This document shows positions 17,973 to 27,269 of a stretch of DNA of 60,705 bases, in pieces. The position numbers and the translations under genes were made by a program. Source of the DNA: an uncultured Bacillales bacterium (GTDB lineage Bacteria > Bacillota_I > Bacilli_A > RFN20 > CAG-288); NCBI GenBank assembly GCA_937896065.1, contig CALBLI010000031.1, positions 1 to 60,705 on the forward strand. Direction: 5' to 3'. The notes beneath the pieces were generated by a model. The model was not told the origin of the DNA and made no database searches. It saw only the letters and a list, made by a program, of their open reading frames with translations. Every line of letters starts with the position of its first letter. Within the stretch, counting starts at the first letter, position 1.

Positions 17973-18803
17973 ATGTTTAGAAGAAAGAAAAGCATTCTCT
18001 TAAATGAATTATCAAAAAATTTAAAAAAGAATAAAGATGAACATCTTCCTCCTTTTGAAAAGAGAGAAAAAGTTCATTCTCTTCTTTTGCTTGTAACAAT
18101 TGTAAGTCGAAATCAAGGTGCTTACTTTACTGATACTTTTTCAAAACATGGTGCCAGCTTATCAATCAGCATGTTTGCTCATTCAATGCCACCAGCTGAT
18201 ATCATATCGCTTCTTGGAAATGAATCGACAACTAAAAAAGATTTAGTTTTGACTATTGTTAGAAAAAATGAAGTCAAGGAATATCTTGACATCATAAAAA
18301 AAAGATTTAGCATATCCAAAGCAAGCAAAGGTATCGCATTTACTCTTCCTGTTTCATCTGTTTCAGGAATTGTAGTTTATAAATATTTATCCGATTACAA
18401 CAAGGAGGAACGAACGATGTCAAAAGAAGAAAATAAAGAAGAAATAATTCAAAATAAAGAAAATGATTTTGAACTTATAATGGCTATAGTCAATAAAGGA
18501 TTGACTGATTTAGTGATGGAGGCTGCTAGAAAAAAAGGAGCACGTGGTGGAACAATTTCCGTTGCACGTGGAACTGGTAATAGTGAACTTGCTAAATATT
18601 ATGGTGTTGTCATTCAACCTGAAAAAGAAATTGTTTATATCGTTGTTAGAAAAGATATCAAAGATGATGTCATGAAAGCTATCTATGATGAAGCCGGTTT
18701 AGATAGCAAAGGTCAAGGAATCATTATATCTTTACCAATAAGCGACACTGTCGGTCTTGAAAAAGAAGTTGAAAACACAAGTGTTACTGATAATAAAGAA
18801 TAA
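17973..18803 (+). CDS. Fused tandem P-II-like (GlnB-superfamily) signal-transduction protein, 276 aa
   Basis: The C-terminal domain FELIMAIVNKGLTDLVMEAARKKGARGGTISVARGTGNS...EKEIVYIVVRKDIKDDVMKAIYDEAG matches the P-II beta-alpha-beta pattern. Residues ~36-140 (LLLLVTIVSRNQGAYFTDTFSKHGASLSIS...DLVLTIVRKNEVKEYLDIIKKRF) look like a second, degenerate copy. The gene starts 9 nt after the DUF1538 gene. Confidence 0.7.
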   Translation: MFRRKKSILLNELSKNLKKNKDEHLPPFEKREKVHSLLLLVTIVSRNQGAYFTDTFSKHGASLSISMFAHSMPPADIISLLGNESTTKKDLVLTIVRKNEVKEYLDIIKKRFSISKASKGIAFTLPVSSVSGIVVYKYLSDYNKEERTMSKEENKEEIIQNKENDFELIMAIVNKGLTDLVMEAARKKGARGGTISVARGTGNSELAKYYGVVIQPEKEIVYIVVRKDIKDDVMKAIYDEAGLDSKGQGIIISLPISDTVGLEKEVENTSVTDNKE

Positions 18804-18825
18804 CAAAATAGATTAAAAAGCAAAT

Positions 18826-18858
18826 AAAAAATCTCACTTCAACTGAGTGAGATTTTTA
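18826..18858. terminator. Bidirectional rho-independent terminator (P-II-like gene / serS)
   Basis: Stem aaaatctcact / agtgagatttt with a 7-nt loop tcaactg. There is an A-run on one side and a T-run on the other. Confidence 0.7.
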
Positions 18859-18873
18859 TTTTAATATTTTATT

Positions 18874-20196
18874 TTATTTGATCACATCCATATGCATATA
18901 AGGACGCAATACTTCAGGAACAGTGATACTACCATCTTCATTTTGATAATTTTCAATGATGGCAGCTGTTGTTCTTCCAACAGCTAATCCTGAACCATTC
19001 AGCATATGAACAAATTCAGTCTTACTATCTTTTGAACGTTTAAATCTGATATTCATTCTTCTAGCTTGATAGTCAGTATCATTAGAACAAGATGAAATCT
19101 CTTTATACACTGGATATTTGCTCTCATACATACCATCAACTAATTCATATTCATTATATGAAGGCATAAACACTTCTAAGTCATATGTTTTAGCAGATGA
19201 GAAGCCAACATCACCTGTTGATAAACATACACGTCTATAAGGAAGCTTTAACAATTCGAGAATAGTTTCAGCTTCTCTAGTCAGTTCTTCAAGTTCATCA
19301 AATGATGTTTCAGGAGTTGTGAATTTAACAAGTTCAACTTTTTGGAATTGATGTTGTCTTATAATTCCTCTGGTATCTCTTCCTGCTGCACCTGCTTCAG
19401 CTCTAAAGCAAGAAGAATAAGCACAGAACCATTTAGGTAAATCAGTGATATTTAATATTTCATTACGATAATAATTAGTTACAGGGACTTCAGCTGTTGG
19501 AATGAGCCAGAAAGTATCACCAGTGTTATCACTTTTATATGCTTGATCTGCAAATTTAGGAAGCTGGCCAGAACCTGTTAATGAATCAGTATTGACAAGA
19601 TATGGAGGTAATACCTCTAAATATCCTCTGCTAGCATGTGTATCTAACATAAATGAGGAAATAGCTCTTTCAAGTCTAGCAAAGGCACCTAAATAGAATG
19701 TGAACCTTGAACCAGTGACTTTAGCAGCTCTATCTTGATCAAAATATCCAAGTTTATTTCCAAGTTCCCAATGCGATAATGGTTTAAAAGAAAATCTAGT
19801 AGGTTCTAAATAATATTTCTCAGGTCTATTGTAGCTATCATCACTTCCAATAGGTAAAGAATCATCAGTTAAATTAGGTGTTTCAAGTAAGATTTCATGA
19901 ATTTTCTCTTCAATCTTAGCTCTTTCAATATCAAGTCTATTTATTTCTTCTTTATCAAAAGAAACTTGTGCAAGAAGTTTATCAGCTTCATCATTTAATC
20001 CTTTAGCTTTCAATGCACCAATCTGTTTAGATTGAGCATTTCTTTGAGCTTTAAGTTCATCACATTTGATAATATTATCTTTTCTTTCTTTATCAAGTGA
20101 AGTTAATTCTCTTAAATAAGAATAATCACCAGTTCTTAAATTTAATCTTCTGATAACATCATCCATGTTTTCTAAAATATATTTTATGTCTAACAT
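18874..20196 (-). CDS. serS: Seryl-tRNA synthetase
   Basis: N-terminal coiled-coil arm MLDIKYILENMDDVIRRLNLR. Class II motif 2 FRAEAGAAGRDTRGIIRQHQFQKVELV and motif 3 GSGLAVGRTTAAIIENYQ. Confidence 0.95.
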   Translation of the reverse strand: MLDIKYILENMDDVIRRLNLRTGDYSYLRELTSLDKERKDNIIKCDELKAQRNAQSKQIGALKAKGLNDEADKLLAQVSFDKEEINRLDIERAKIEEKIHEILLETPNLTDDSLPIGSDDSYNRPEKYYLEPTRFSFKPLSHWELGNKLGYFDQDRAAKVTGSRFTFYLGAFARLERAISSFMLDTHASRGYLEVLPPYLVNTDSLTGSGQLPKFADQAYKSDNTGDTFWLIPTAEVPVTNYYRNEILNITDLPKWFCAYSSCFRAEAGAAGRDTRGIIRQHQFQKVELVKFTTPETSFDELEELTREAETILELLKLPYRRVCLSTGDVGFSSAKTYDLEVFMPSYNEYELVDGMYESKYPVYKEISSCSNDTDYQARRMNIRFKRSKDSKTEFVHMLNGSGLAVGRTTAAIIENYQNEDGSITVPEVLRPYMHMDVIK

Positions 20197-20286
20197 ATTT
20201 GTACCTCGTAAATCAATTAATAATAATCTTTTTTTATATTTATAGCAAGTATCAATAAAATAATTGTTATAACGCCTTTAAATACA

Positions 20287-21132
20287 TTAAGATAATTTCT
20301 TCAAACTGAAGAAAAAATCTTCATAGTTATAACAAATATGAGAAGTTTTCTCATTTATAATGTCTTTCATATTGACAGTAGGGGAAGTAATAAGTGGTAT
20401 TCCCCTATTTATAAAGTCTAAGATGACTGTCGGATACGATGCCATTTTTGATGTGATAAGAAGTGCTTTAACATTATAAAACATTGAAGGATATAATTCA
20501 CACGGAAAATATTTATAATATTTGACATTCTTAGATAAAACTAGTCTTTCTTGAAGTGACTTGTTGATGATTTCTCTATCATTGCTATCAAAATAGAAAA
20601 ACATCTTATCAGGTAGGTTTCTAACCAGCTTTTCAAATAGAAGAAACTCATTATTATCAGTGAATTTTGAAAAAGAAATGATCGCATCTTTTTCAAGCAA
20701 CTGATAATTATTTTTAAAAGCATTTTTAAATTTAATATCACCTTCAGCTTCTTTGTCAATAGCATCAATTACCGTTATTTTAGTAGTGATGTTATTGGAT
20801 ATTAAAACATTTTTTTCAAATTCACTTAAAACCAATATTTCATCAACATTTGTGTAGAACTGATTGAAAGTAGAATTAAGAAGCAGCTGTTTATCTTTCA
20901 TAATGACATCATTATCATCAATTGCTACTAAAACTTTAACTTTTTTCTTCCCACCTATTTGACTTAGTAATGCGATGTTTTTAAAGTCAGCATAAGTCAA
21001 AATATAATCAGCTTCATAAGCATTGCTGACTAATTCATCACCAATTTTAGATGCATAATTTTTTAAAAATTTTCTGATTGCGATTGAGAAATTATTTTGA
21101 TTTTGAAAATCACCTACTATATATGTTTTCAT
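20287..21132 (-). CDS. Hypothetical protein, 281 aa, weakly GT-B glycosyltransferase-like; translationally coupled to gyrA
   Basis: Its ATG (21132-21130) overlaps the gyrA TAA (21134-21132) by 1 nt. The C-terminal segment LLITSKMASYPTVILDFINRGIPLITSP resembles the sugar-donor-binding region of GT1/GT4 enzymes, but I find no clear EX7E motif. Confidence 0.5.
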   Translation of the reverse strand: MKTYIVGDFQNQNNFSIAIRKFLKNYASKIGDELVSNAYEADYILTYADFKNIALLSQIGGKKKVKVLVAIDDNDVIMKDKQLLLNSTFNQFYTNVDEILVLSEFEKNVLISNNITTKITVIDAIDKEAEGDIKFKNAFKNNYQLLEKDAIISFSKFTDNNEFLLFEKLVRNLPDKMFFYFDSNDREIINKSLQERLVLSKNVKYYKYFPCELYPSMFYNVKALLITSKMASYPTVILDFINRGIPLITSPTVNMKDIINEKTSHICYNYEDFFFSLKKLS

Positions 21133-23762
21133 TATTCTTCACTATCATCATTTTCTGAGTTTTTAATGAGTTCTTTTAAGATATTTTCGTCTTCTTTTTC
21201 TTGGACATTTTCTTCAACTGCATTTTCTTCTTTAGCTTCGTATTCTTCTTCACTTGGTTCAATGCAGCATGATGAGATGACCTCATCATCTTTTAATCTG
21301 ATCATTTTGACGCCTACTGAGTTTCTTCCAGTATCTCTTACTTGAGATAAAGATGTCTTGATGGTTGTTCCTTGATCGGTGATGATGATGATATTTTCAT
21401 CACCATTTACCGTTTTAACAGTGATCAAATCGCCTTTACCTTCACCAACTTTCATAGTGATAACACCTTTTGAACCACGATGAGTAACACGATATTCATC
21501 AGAAGAAGTTATCTTACCCATACCCAAACTTGATAATGAGAAGATACGATTGCCATCAATTGAAGAAACAAGTCCAACAACTTTATTATCACCGATTAGT
21601 GAAATACCTCTAACTCCTGATGCTGTTCTTCCCATTGCACGGACTTCATTTTCATCAAATGAGCAAAGTTTTCCATCACTTGATGCTAATGATATTCTAG
21701 ATGTGCCATCAGTATTTTTAACATCTAATAATTCATCGCCATCATGAAGTGAAATAGCTATTTTTCCATTAGCATTGATGTTTTCAAAATCTTTAGCGAA
21801 ACAGCGTTTGACAACACCTTCTTTAGTAGCAAAGAACAAATATGAGTTTTCAGAATAATCATCCATTGAGACAATTGATGAGATAGACTCGCCTTCTTTC
21901 AAATCTAGGAAGTTGACAATAGGTATACCTTTGCTGGTTCTACTTCCTTCTTGAATTTGATATCCACGTGAATGATAAACACGACCAGTATTAGTAAAGA
22001 ATAATACATCCGTCTTGGTTTTGGAATGTCTTAATATCTTGACGGTGTCATCATCTTTAGTAGACATTCCTTTAACACCGACTCCGCCTCTATGTTGAAT
22101 TTTAAATTCAGATGGATCAACTCGCTTAATATAACCATTTTCAGTAAGAAGAATAAGGATTTCTTTATTAGGAATCAAATCTTCATCACTTTCATCATAA
22201 TCTGCATCAGAAATTTCAGTTCGACGATCATCTCCATATGTCTTCTTGATTTGTTCAAGTTCATCAATCAGTGTTTGTTTTAAATATGAATAATCATTTA
22301 AGATGAGATTATATTTCTTACAATCATCTTCTAATGCCATTTTCTCATCAACATATTTTTGATATTCAAGACCAGTAAGTCTTCTAAGTGTCATATCTAA
22401 AATAGCTTTAACTTGTTCATCATCTAAAGAGAATCTTTCTTTCAAGCGAATAGCAGCTTCATCATTGGTTTTTGATGTGCGAATAATTTTGACAGTCTCA
22501 TCAATTGCATCAGTGATGGTGATAATACCATCGATGATATGAATTCTAGCTGTTGCTTTTTTGAGTAAGAAATTAGTTCTATTAGTAATAATATTCTCTT
22601 GATGCTTGATATAAATATCAATAGCTTGTCTCATGTTCAAGACTTTGGGAGTTCCATTATCAATAGCAAGCATATTGACAGCAAATGATGACTGCAAAGC
22701 AGTGTAATGGAAAAGATGATTTAAAACTAAATCAGCATTAGCATTCTTTTTTAAGATAATAGTAAATTTAGTACCCATCTTGCTTGATGAATAATCAGCG
22801 ACTGATGAGATACCATCAATGACTTTTGAATCAACCAAATTGACAATTTTTTTAGCTAAATCCCTTTTATTGACCATATAAGGAAGCTCAGTGAAGACAA
22901 TCTCTTGATGATTTCCTAAATCATTGATGAAATACTTACTTCTTACTTTAACAGAACCTCGACCTGTTTCAAAATAACGTCTGATTCCAGCACGACCTAA
23001 AATGATGCCACCGCAAGGAAAATCAGGACCTTTGATATAATTCATCAATTCCAAAGTTGTCATTTCAGGATTTTTGATAACCTCCTGAATACCTGTTATA
23101 GTTTCAACTAAATTATGTGGGGGGATCGATGTTGCCATACCGACGGCAATACCACTAGTCTCATTGCATAAAAGATTTGGAAATCTTGAAGGCAAGACAG
23201 TAGGTTCAGTTCCATCAGAATCATAGGTATCAATAAAAGGAACAGTATCTTTATCAATATCTTTGCACATTTCTAAAGCAAGTTTGGCAAGCCTTGCTTC
23301 TGTATATCTTTCAGCAGCTGGTTCATCACCATCAGAAGAGCCAAAGTTTCCATGCCCCTGAACAAGTGTATAACGCATAGCAAAGTCTTGAGCCATTCTA
23401 CACATTGCAAGATAAATGGATGAGTTACCATGTGGATGGTATTTACCCATGACCTCACCGGTAATACGAGCTGATTTTTTAAATGGTTTATCTGGAGTGA
23501 TACCAACATTCCACATACCATAGATGATTCTTCTTTGAACAGGTTTCAAACCATCTCTAGCATCAGGAATAGCACGGCTTGTCAAAGTTGAAACAGCATA
23601 ATCTAAAAATGATGATTTCATCTCAGTTTCAAATTCATCTTTGATGATACCTGAAACAATACCTTCTTGTAATCCCTCAATTGGAGCTGAAGTATCTTCT
23701 TTAGAAGATTCTTCATTTTCAATATTTTCTTCGTTTTCTAATTTATCTTCATCTAATAACAT
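21132..23762 (-). CDS. gyrA: DNA gyrase subunit A (divergent; acidic N- and C-terminal extensions)
   Basis: AIPDARDGLKPVQRRIIYGM, KYHPHGNSSIY, active-site AAERYTEAR, GyrA-box-like QHRGGVGVKG. The ATG at 23762 has AAGGAGA (23775-23769) 6 nt upstream. The TTG at 23768 given in the ORF track has no spacer, so it is rejected. Confidence 0.93.
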   Translation of the reverse strand: MLLDEDKLENEENIENEESSKEDTSAPIEGLQEGIVSGIIKDEFETEMKSSFLDYAVSTLTSRAIPDARDGLKPVQRRIIYGMWNVGITPDKPFKKSARITGEVMGKYHPHGNSSIYLAMCRMAQDFAMRYTLVQGHGNFGSSDGDEPAAERYTEARLAKLALEMCKDIDKDTVPFIDTYDSDGTEPTVLPSRFPNLLCNETSGIAVGMATSIPPHNLVETITGIQEVIKNPEMTTLELMNYIKGPDFPCGGIILGRAGIRRYFETGRGSVKVRSKYFINDLGNHQEIVFTELPYMVNKRDLAKKIVNLVDSKVIDGISSVADYSSSKMGTKFTIILKKNANADLVLNHLFHYTALQSSFAVNMLAIDNGTPKVLNMRQAIDIYIKHQENIITNRTNFLLKKATARIHIIDGIITITDAIDETVKIIRTSKTNDEAAIRLKERFSLDDEQVKAILDMTLRRLTGLEYQKYVDEKMALEDDCKKYNLILNDYSYLKQTLIDELEQIKKTYGDDRRTEISDADYDESDEDLIPNKEILILLTENGYIKRVDPSEFKIQHRGGVGVKGMSTKDDDTVKILRHSKTKTDVLFFTNTGRVYHSRGYQIQEGSRTSKGIPIVNFLDLKEGESISSIVSMDDYSENSYLFFATKEGVVKRCFAKDFENINANGKIAISLHDGDELLDVKNTDGTSRISLASSDGKLCSFDENEVRAMGRTASGVRGISLIGDNKVVGLVSSIDGNRIFSLSSLGMGKITSSDEYRVTHRGSKGVITMKVGEGKGDLITVKTVNGDENIIIITDQGTTIKTSLSQVRDTGRNSVGVKMIRLKDDEVISSCCIEPSEEEYEAKEENAVEENVQEKEDENILKELIKNSENDDSEE

Positions 23763-23776
23763 AAACAATCTCCTTT

Positions 23777-25969
23777 TTAAATATCAAGATTTTTAACAAA
23801 TTTAGCATTTGCAGTGATGAAATCTTTTCGAGGTTCAACATTTTCACCCATCAAATCAATCAATACATCATTTGAAGCTTCAGCATCCTCGATAGTAACT
23901 TGTAGCATACGACGATGATTTTTATCCATGGTTGTTTCATTGAGTTGGTTTGGATCCATTTCACCTAAACCTTTGTATCTTTGAAGTTGATATCTGCTAT
24001 TAGCTGGAAGTTTTGATTTGATATTATCTAATTCTTCGTCATTAAAAGCATAATAATGTTTTCCTTGATAAGTTAGTCTATAAAGTGGAGGCAAAGCGAT
24101 ATATAAATTACCATTTTCAATAAGTGGTCTCATAAAACGATAAAAGAACGTCATCAAAAGAATGCGGATATGGGAACCATCAACATCAGCATCAGTCATA
24201 ATGATAACTTTATGATATTTGATTTTGGAAATATCAAAATTCTCACCTTGTCCAGCACCAATTGCAGTAACAAGATTATAGATTTCAGCATTCTTTTCAA
24301 TTCTGACAGCTTGAGCCTTTTCAATATTTAAAATTTTACCTCTCAATGGCAAAATAGCTTGAGTTGTTGCATCTCTTCCTTGAACAGCTGAACCACCAGC
24401 TGAATTACCTTCAACGATAAATAATTCTCTTTCTTCAGGAAGTTTAGAAACACAATCAGTCAATTTGTCAGGCATACCACCAGATGCCGATAATTTGCCC
24501 ATAGCTTGAGCTTTAGCTTTCTCAGCAGCTTTTCTTCCTTTGAAAGCTAGATTGACTCTTTCATACCATAATTTACCCTCTTTAGGATTTTCAAGTAACC
24601 AAGTTCTAAGGTAGTCACCAACAATTGATGAGACAACTTTTCTAACCTCTTCATTTCCAAGTTTATCTTTGACTTGTCCTTCATATTGAGGAGATGAATG
24701 CTTGATTGATAAAACGACGGTCAATCCTTCTAAGCAGTCTTCAGAACGATAGTTCTCATCTTTATCTTTAAGCCATTCTTTGCTTCTAAAATAATTATTC
24801 AATTCACGACCAATAGCGAGTCTAAAGCCTTCTTCATGGGTACCACCGCCAATAGTTCTGATATTATTACAAAAGGAATACATATTCATCATTGCACCTT
24901 TAGTTGGTTGAATAGCACATTCAGCAATGATAGTTGTCGTTCCTTCATTGATACCTTTAGCAGCAATTGTCGATTCGCCTCTTACATAGACAACTTTGTC
25001 AAAAACTTTATCTTTGCTTTCATTTATATAAGAGACATATTCTTCAATACCATTATCAAATTTATAATGTGATTTTAAAATATTGTCTTTATCTCTTAAA
25101 TCAGTAAGTGTAATTTCAATACCGCGAGTCAAATAAGCTGTTTGTCTTAAATAATTATTGATGGTTGTAAAATCAAATGTTGTTGTCTCAGTAAAAATCA
25201 ATGGGTCAGGACAAAACTCAACAGTTGTACCTGTTTTTTCAATTGGGCAAGTACCAACAACTTCTAGTGGATGAACTGTCTTTCCACCATTTCTAAATTC
25301 AATCTCATGAATCTTTCCTTCACGATAAACGGTTACTTTTACATAAGTGGATAAAGCATTGACAGCTTTTACACCAATACCATGAAGACCACCTGAAATT
25401 TTATAACCAGTTTTAGCATTGAATTTACCACCAGCATGGAGAATAGTATAAACAGTTTCAACAGTTGATAAACCTGTTTGAGCATTGATGTCGCAAGGAA
25501 TACCTCTTCCATCATCTTCGACTCTTATTCTGTTGATACTAGTAAGTTCATCAGCAGGAAGAATAGTCACTTTTATGTGTTTACAATATCCTGCCATCGC
25601 TTCATCAATACCATTATCAACAGCTTCTCTTACTAAATGATGTAAACCTTTTGAAGCAGTTGTACCAATGTACATACCAGGACGTTGTCTGACAGCTTCT
25701 AAGCCTTGAAGAATTTCAATATCACTGCCAGTATATTCTTCTTTAGCTTTCAAAGCTTTTTCTTCACTATTTTCATCTAAAGAAACATGCTCAATGTGTT
25801 CTTCTGAAAAATCTTCAGCTTCTTTTTTTTCAGCTTGAATCTTCATCTCATTTGCTGGTTTAGAATTAGATTCATCTTTAGCTACTTTTTCAACCTTAGC
25901 TTTTTGTTTCTCAGTGATCAGTCTTCTTCTTTCTTCAGCCGAGATTTCATTTTTTTCTTTTTCTTCCAT
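23777..25969 (-). CDS. gyrB: DNA gyrase subunit B with ~75-aa charged N-terminal extension
   Basis: YTGSDIEILQGLEAVRQRPGMYIG, GHKL ATPase motifs (GLHHLVREAVDNGIDEAMAG, GGLHGIG), Toprim (LFIVEGNSAGGSA, IMTDADVDGSHI). AAGGAGA (25984-25978) lies 8 nt upstream of the ATG at 25969. Confidence 0.95.
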   Translation of the reverse strand: MEEKEKNEISAEERRRLITEKQKAKVEKVAKDESNSKPANEMKIQAEKKEAEDFSEEHIEHVSLDENSEEKALKAKEEYTGSDIEILQGLEAVRQRPGMYIGTTASKGLHHLVREAVDNGIDEAMAGYCKHIKVTILPADELTSINRIRVEDDGRGIPCDINAQTGLSTVETVYTILHAGGKFNAKTGYKISGGLHGIGVKAVNALSTYVKVTVYREGKIHEIEFRNGGKTVHPLEVVGTCPIEKTGTTVEFCPDPLIFTETTTFDFTTINNYLRQTAYLTRGIEITLTDLRDKDNILKSHYKFDNGIEEYVSYINESKDKVFDKVVYVRGESTIAAKGINEGTTTIIAECAIQPTKGAMMNMYSFCNNIRTIGGGTHEEGFRLAIGRELNNYFRSKEWLKDKDENYRSEDCLEGLTVVLSIKHSSPQYEGQVKDKLGNEEVRKVVSSIVGDYLRTWLLENPKEGKLWYERVNLAFKGRKAAEKAKAQAMGKLSASGGMPDKLTDCVSKLPEERELFIVEGNSAGGSAVQGRDATTQAILPLRGKILNIEKAQAVRIEKNAEIYNLVTAIGAGQGENFDISKIKYHKVIIMTDADVDGSHIRILLMTFFYRFMRPLIENGNLYIALPPLYRLTYQGKHYYAFNDEELDNIKSKLPANSRYQLQRYKGLGEMDPNQLNETTMDKNHRRMLQVTIEDAEASNDVLIDLMGENVEPRKDFITANAKFVKNLDI

Positions 25970-25971
25970 AT

Positions 25972-27051
25972 TTATATTCTCCTTATTTGGTGATCTTGAA
26001 TTTCAAATAAATCATAAGTTGGTAAGTCAATTTTATTAACGCCTGTGATAAATACCTGCATTTTATCATCTAAATAATTTAGAAGATTTCTTTTTTTATC
26101 ATCATCTAAATCAGATAAGATATCATCAAGAAGAAAGATTGGTACTTTATTTAAAATCAGCGATTCATACTTATGAAGAGTCAATTTTAAAGCTAAAGCT
26201 CCGATTCTATTTTCTCCTTGAGATGAATAAAATGAGATATCTTTGTTATCTAGGTTCAAAATAAAGTTATCTCGATGCGGTCCAATCAGTGTCATTTTGG
26301 AGATATTTTCTCTGCTTTTATTTAAATCAAATATCTTCTTAGCACTATTTATGAATTCCTCTTTATCATCATCTAAAGGTGATGTCGTTTTATAAAGCAG
26401 TTTGACTTCTCTTTCACTTCCAAAAATTTGTGAATAGATTCGACTTATTTCTTTATTGATAAACGAAACCACTTTTCTTCTTTGATAAACAAGATAATAA
26501 GATAAATTGACAAGTTCATCTCTTAACACATCAATGACATCTTGATCATAGCCTTTGCTCAGGGCTAAATTTCTTTCTTTAAGAATTTTTTTATATCTAG
26601 ATAATGAATACAGATATTTTTTATCAATCTGGCAAAGAACAATATCAAATAGTTTGCGTCTGAGAGCTGGTTCTTCTTTAAAAAGAAATACCGACTCAGG
26701 ATTAAAATAGAAAGCACTAAGATACGATAATAATTCAGAAGCGTTTTTAAGCTTATTATCATCAAGATAGAAATCTTTACCATCTTTAGTTAATGAAGTA
26801 GTCAAAATATGTTTTTCTTTCTTATCTTCTAAAAGAATCGACGCTTTAGCATACTTGCTATCAAATTTAATTAAAGATCCTTGTTCAGTTTTAAGAAAAC
26901 TTCTTCCTACACTGAGAAAGTAAATGGCTTCTAATATTGAGGTTTTGCCTGTACCATTTACACCATATATATAGTTTTTAAATGAATTAATTTCAATTTC
27001 TAAGTGTGAATAAGATCTATAATTGTCTAAAACTATTTTTCTGATAAACAT
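25972..27051 (-). CDS. recF: DNA replication/repair protein RecF
   Basis: N-terminus MFIRKIVLDNYRSYSHLEI with Walker A GVNGTGKTSILEAI. Signature SQGENRIGALALKL and Walker B PIFLLDDILSDLD. Confidence 0.93.
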   Translation of the reverse strand: MFIRKIVLDNYRSYSHLEIEINSFKNYIYGVNGTGKTSILEAIYFLSVGRSFLKTEQGSLIKFDSKYAKASILLEDKKEKHILTTSLTKDGKDFYLDDNKLKNASELLSYLSAFYFNPESVFLFKEEPALRRKLFDIVLCQIDKKYLYSLSRYKKILKERNLALSKGYDQDVIDVLRDELVNLSYYLVYQRRKVVSFINKEISRIYSQIFGSEREVKLLYKTTSPLDDDKEEFINSAKKIFDLNKSRENISKMTLIGPHRDNFILNLDNKDISFYSSQGENRIGALALKLTLHKYESLILNKVPIFLLDDILSDLDDDKKRNLLNYLDDKMQVFITGVNKIDLPTYDLFEIQDHQIRRI

Positions 27052-27269
27052 ATCAAGTAAGTTTTATCAAGATAGGTGACTTTGTCACCAGGGTATATCT
27101 TTCTTCCCCTCCTTCTTTCAAGTGACATGTTTACATAAACATCGTTTTCATTTAAAAACAACTTAGCTTCACCACCTGTAGAAATGAGGTTGAAATGTTT
27201 TAAAACCTGTCCTAATGTAATGTAACTATCATGTATTTTGAAGATGTTATTTTCACTATCACTATTCAT
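27033..27269 (-). CDS. yaaA: S4-domain RNA-binding protein YaaA
   Basis: 78 aa. ITLGQVLKHFNLISTGGEAKLFLNENDVYVN...RRGRKIYPGDKV fits the S4 fold. It overlaps the recF start, as yaaA does in the Bacillus yaaA-recF arrangement. Confidence 0.8.
   Translation of the reverse strand: MNSDSENNIFKIHDSYITLGQVLKHFNLISTGGEAKLFLNENDVYVNMSLERRRGRKIYPGDKVTYLDKTYLICLSEK

Noticed and set aside
20197-20286. A T-box leader upstream of serS, which is common in Firmicutes.
   Set aside because: The gap is only 90 nt, too short for a T-box riboswitch. I saw no specifier-loop or T-box (AANNNGGUGNNACCGCG-like) sequence.
21132-25969. The two topoisomerase genes might be parE/parC rather than gyrB/gyrA.
   Set aside because: The position immediately downstream of yaaA-recF is canonical for gyrase, and a GyrA-box-like QHRGGVGVKG motif is present in the C-terminal domain. 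Both support gyrase.
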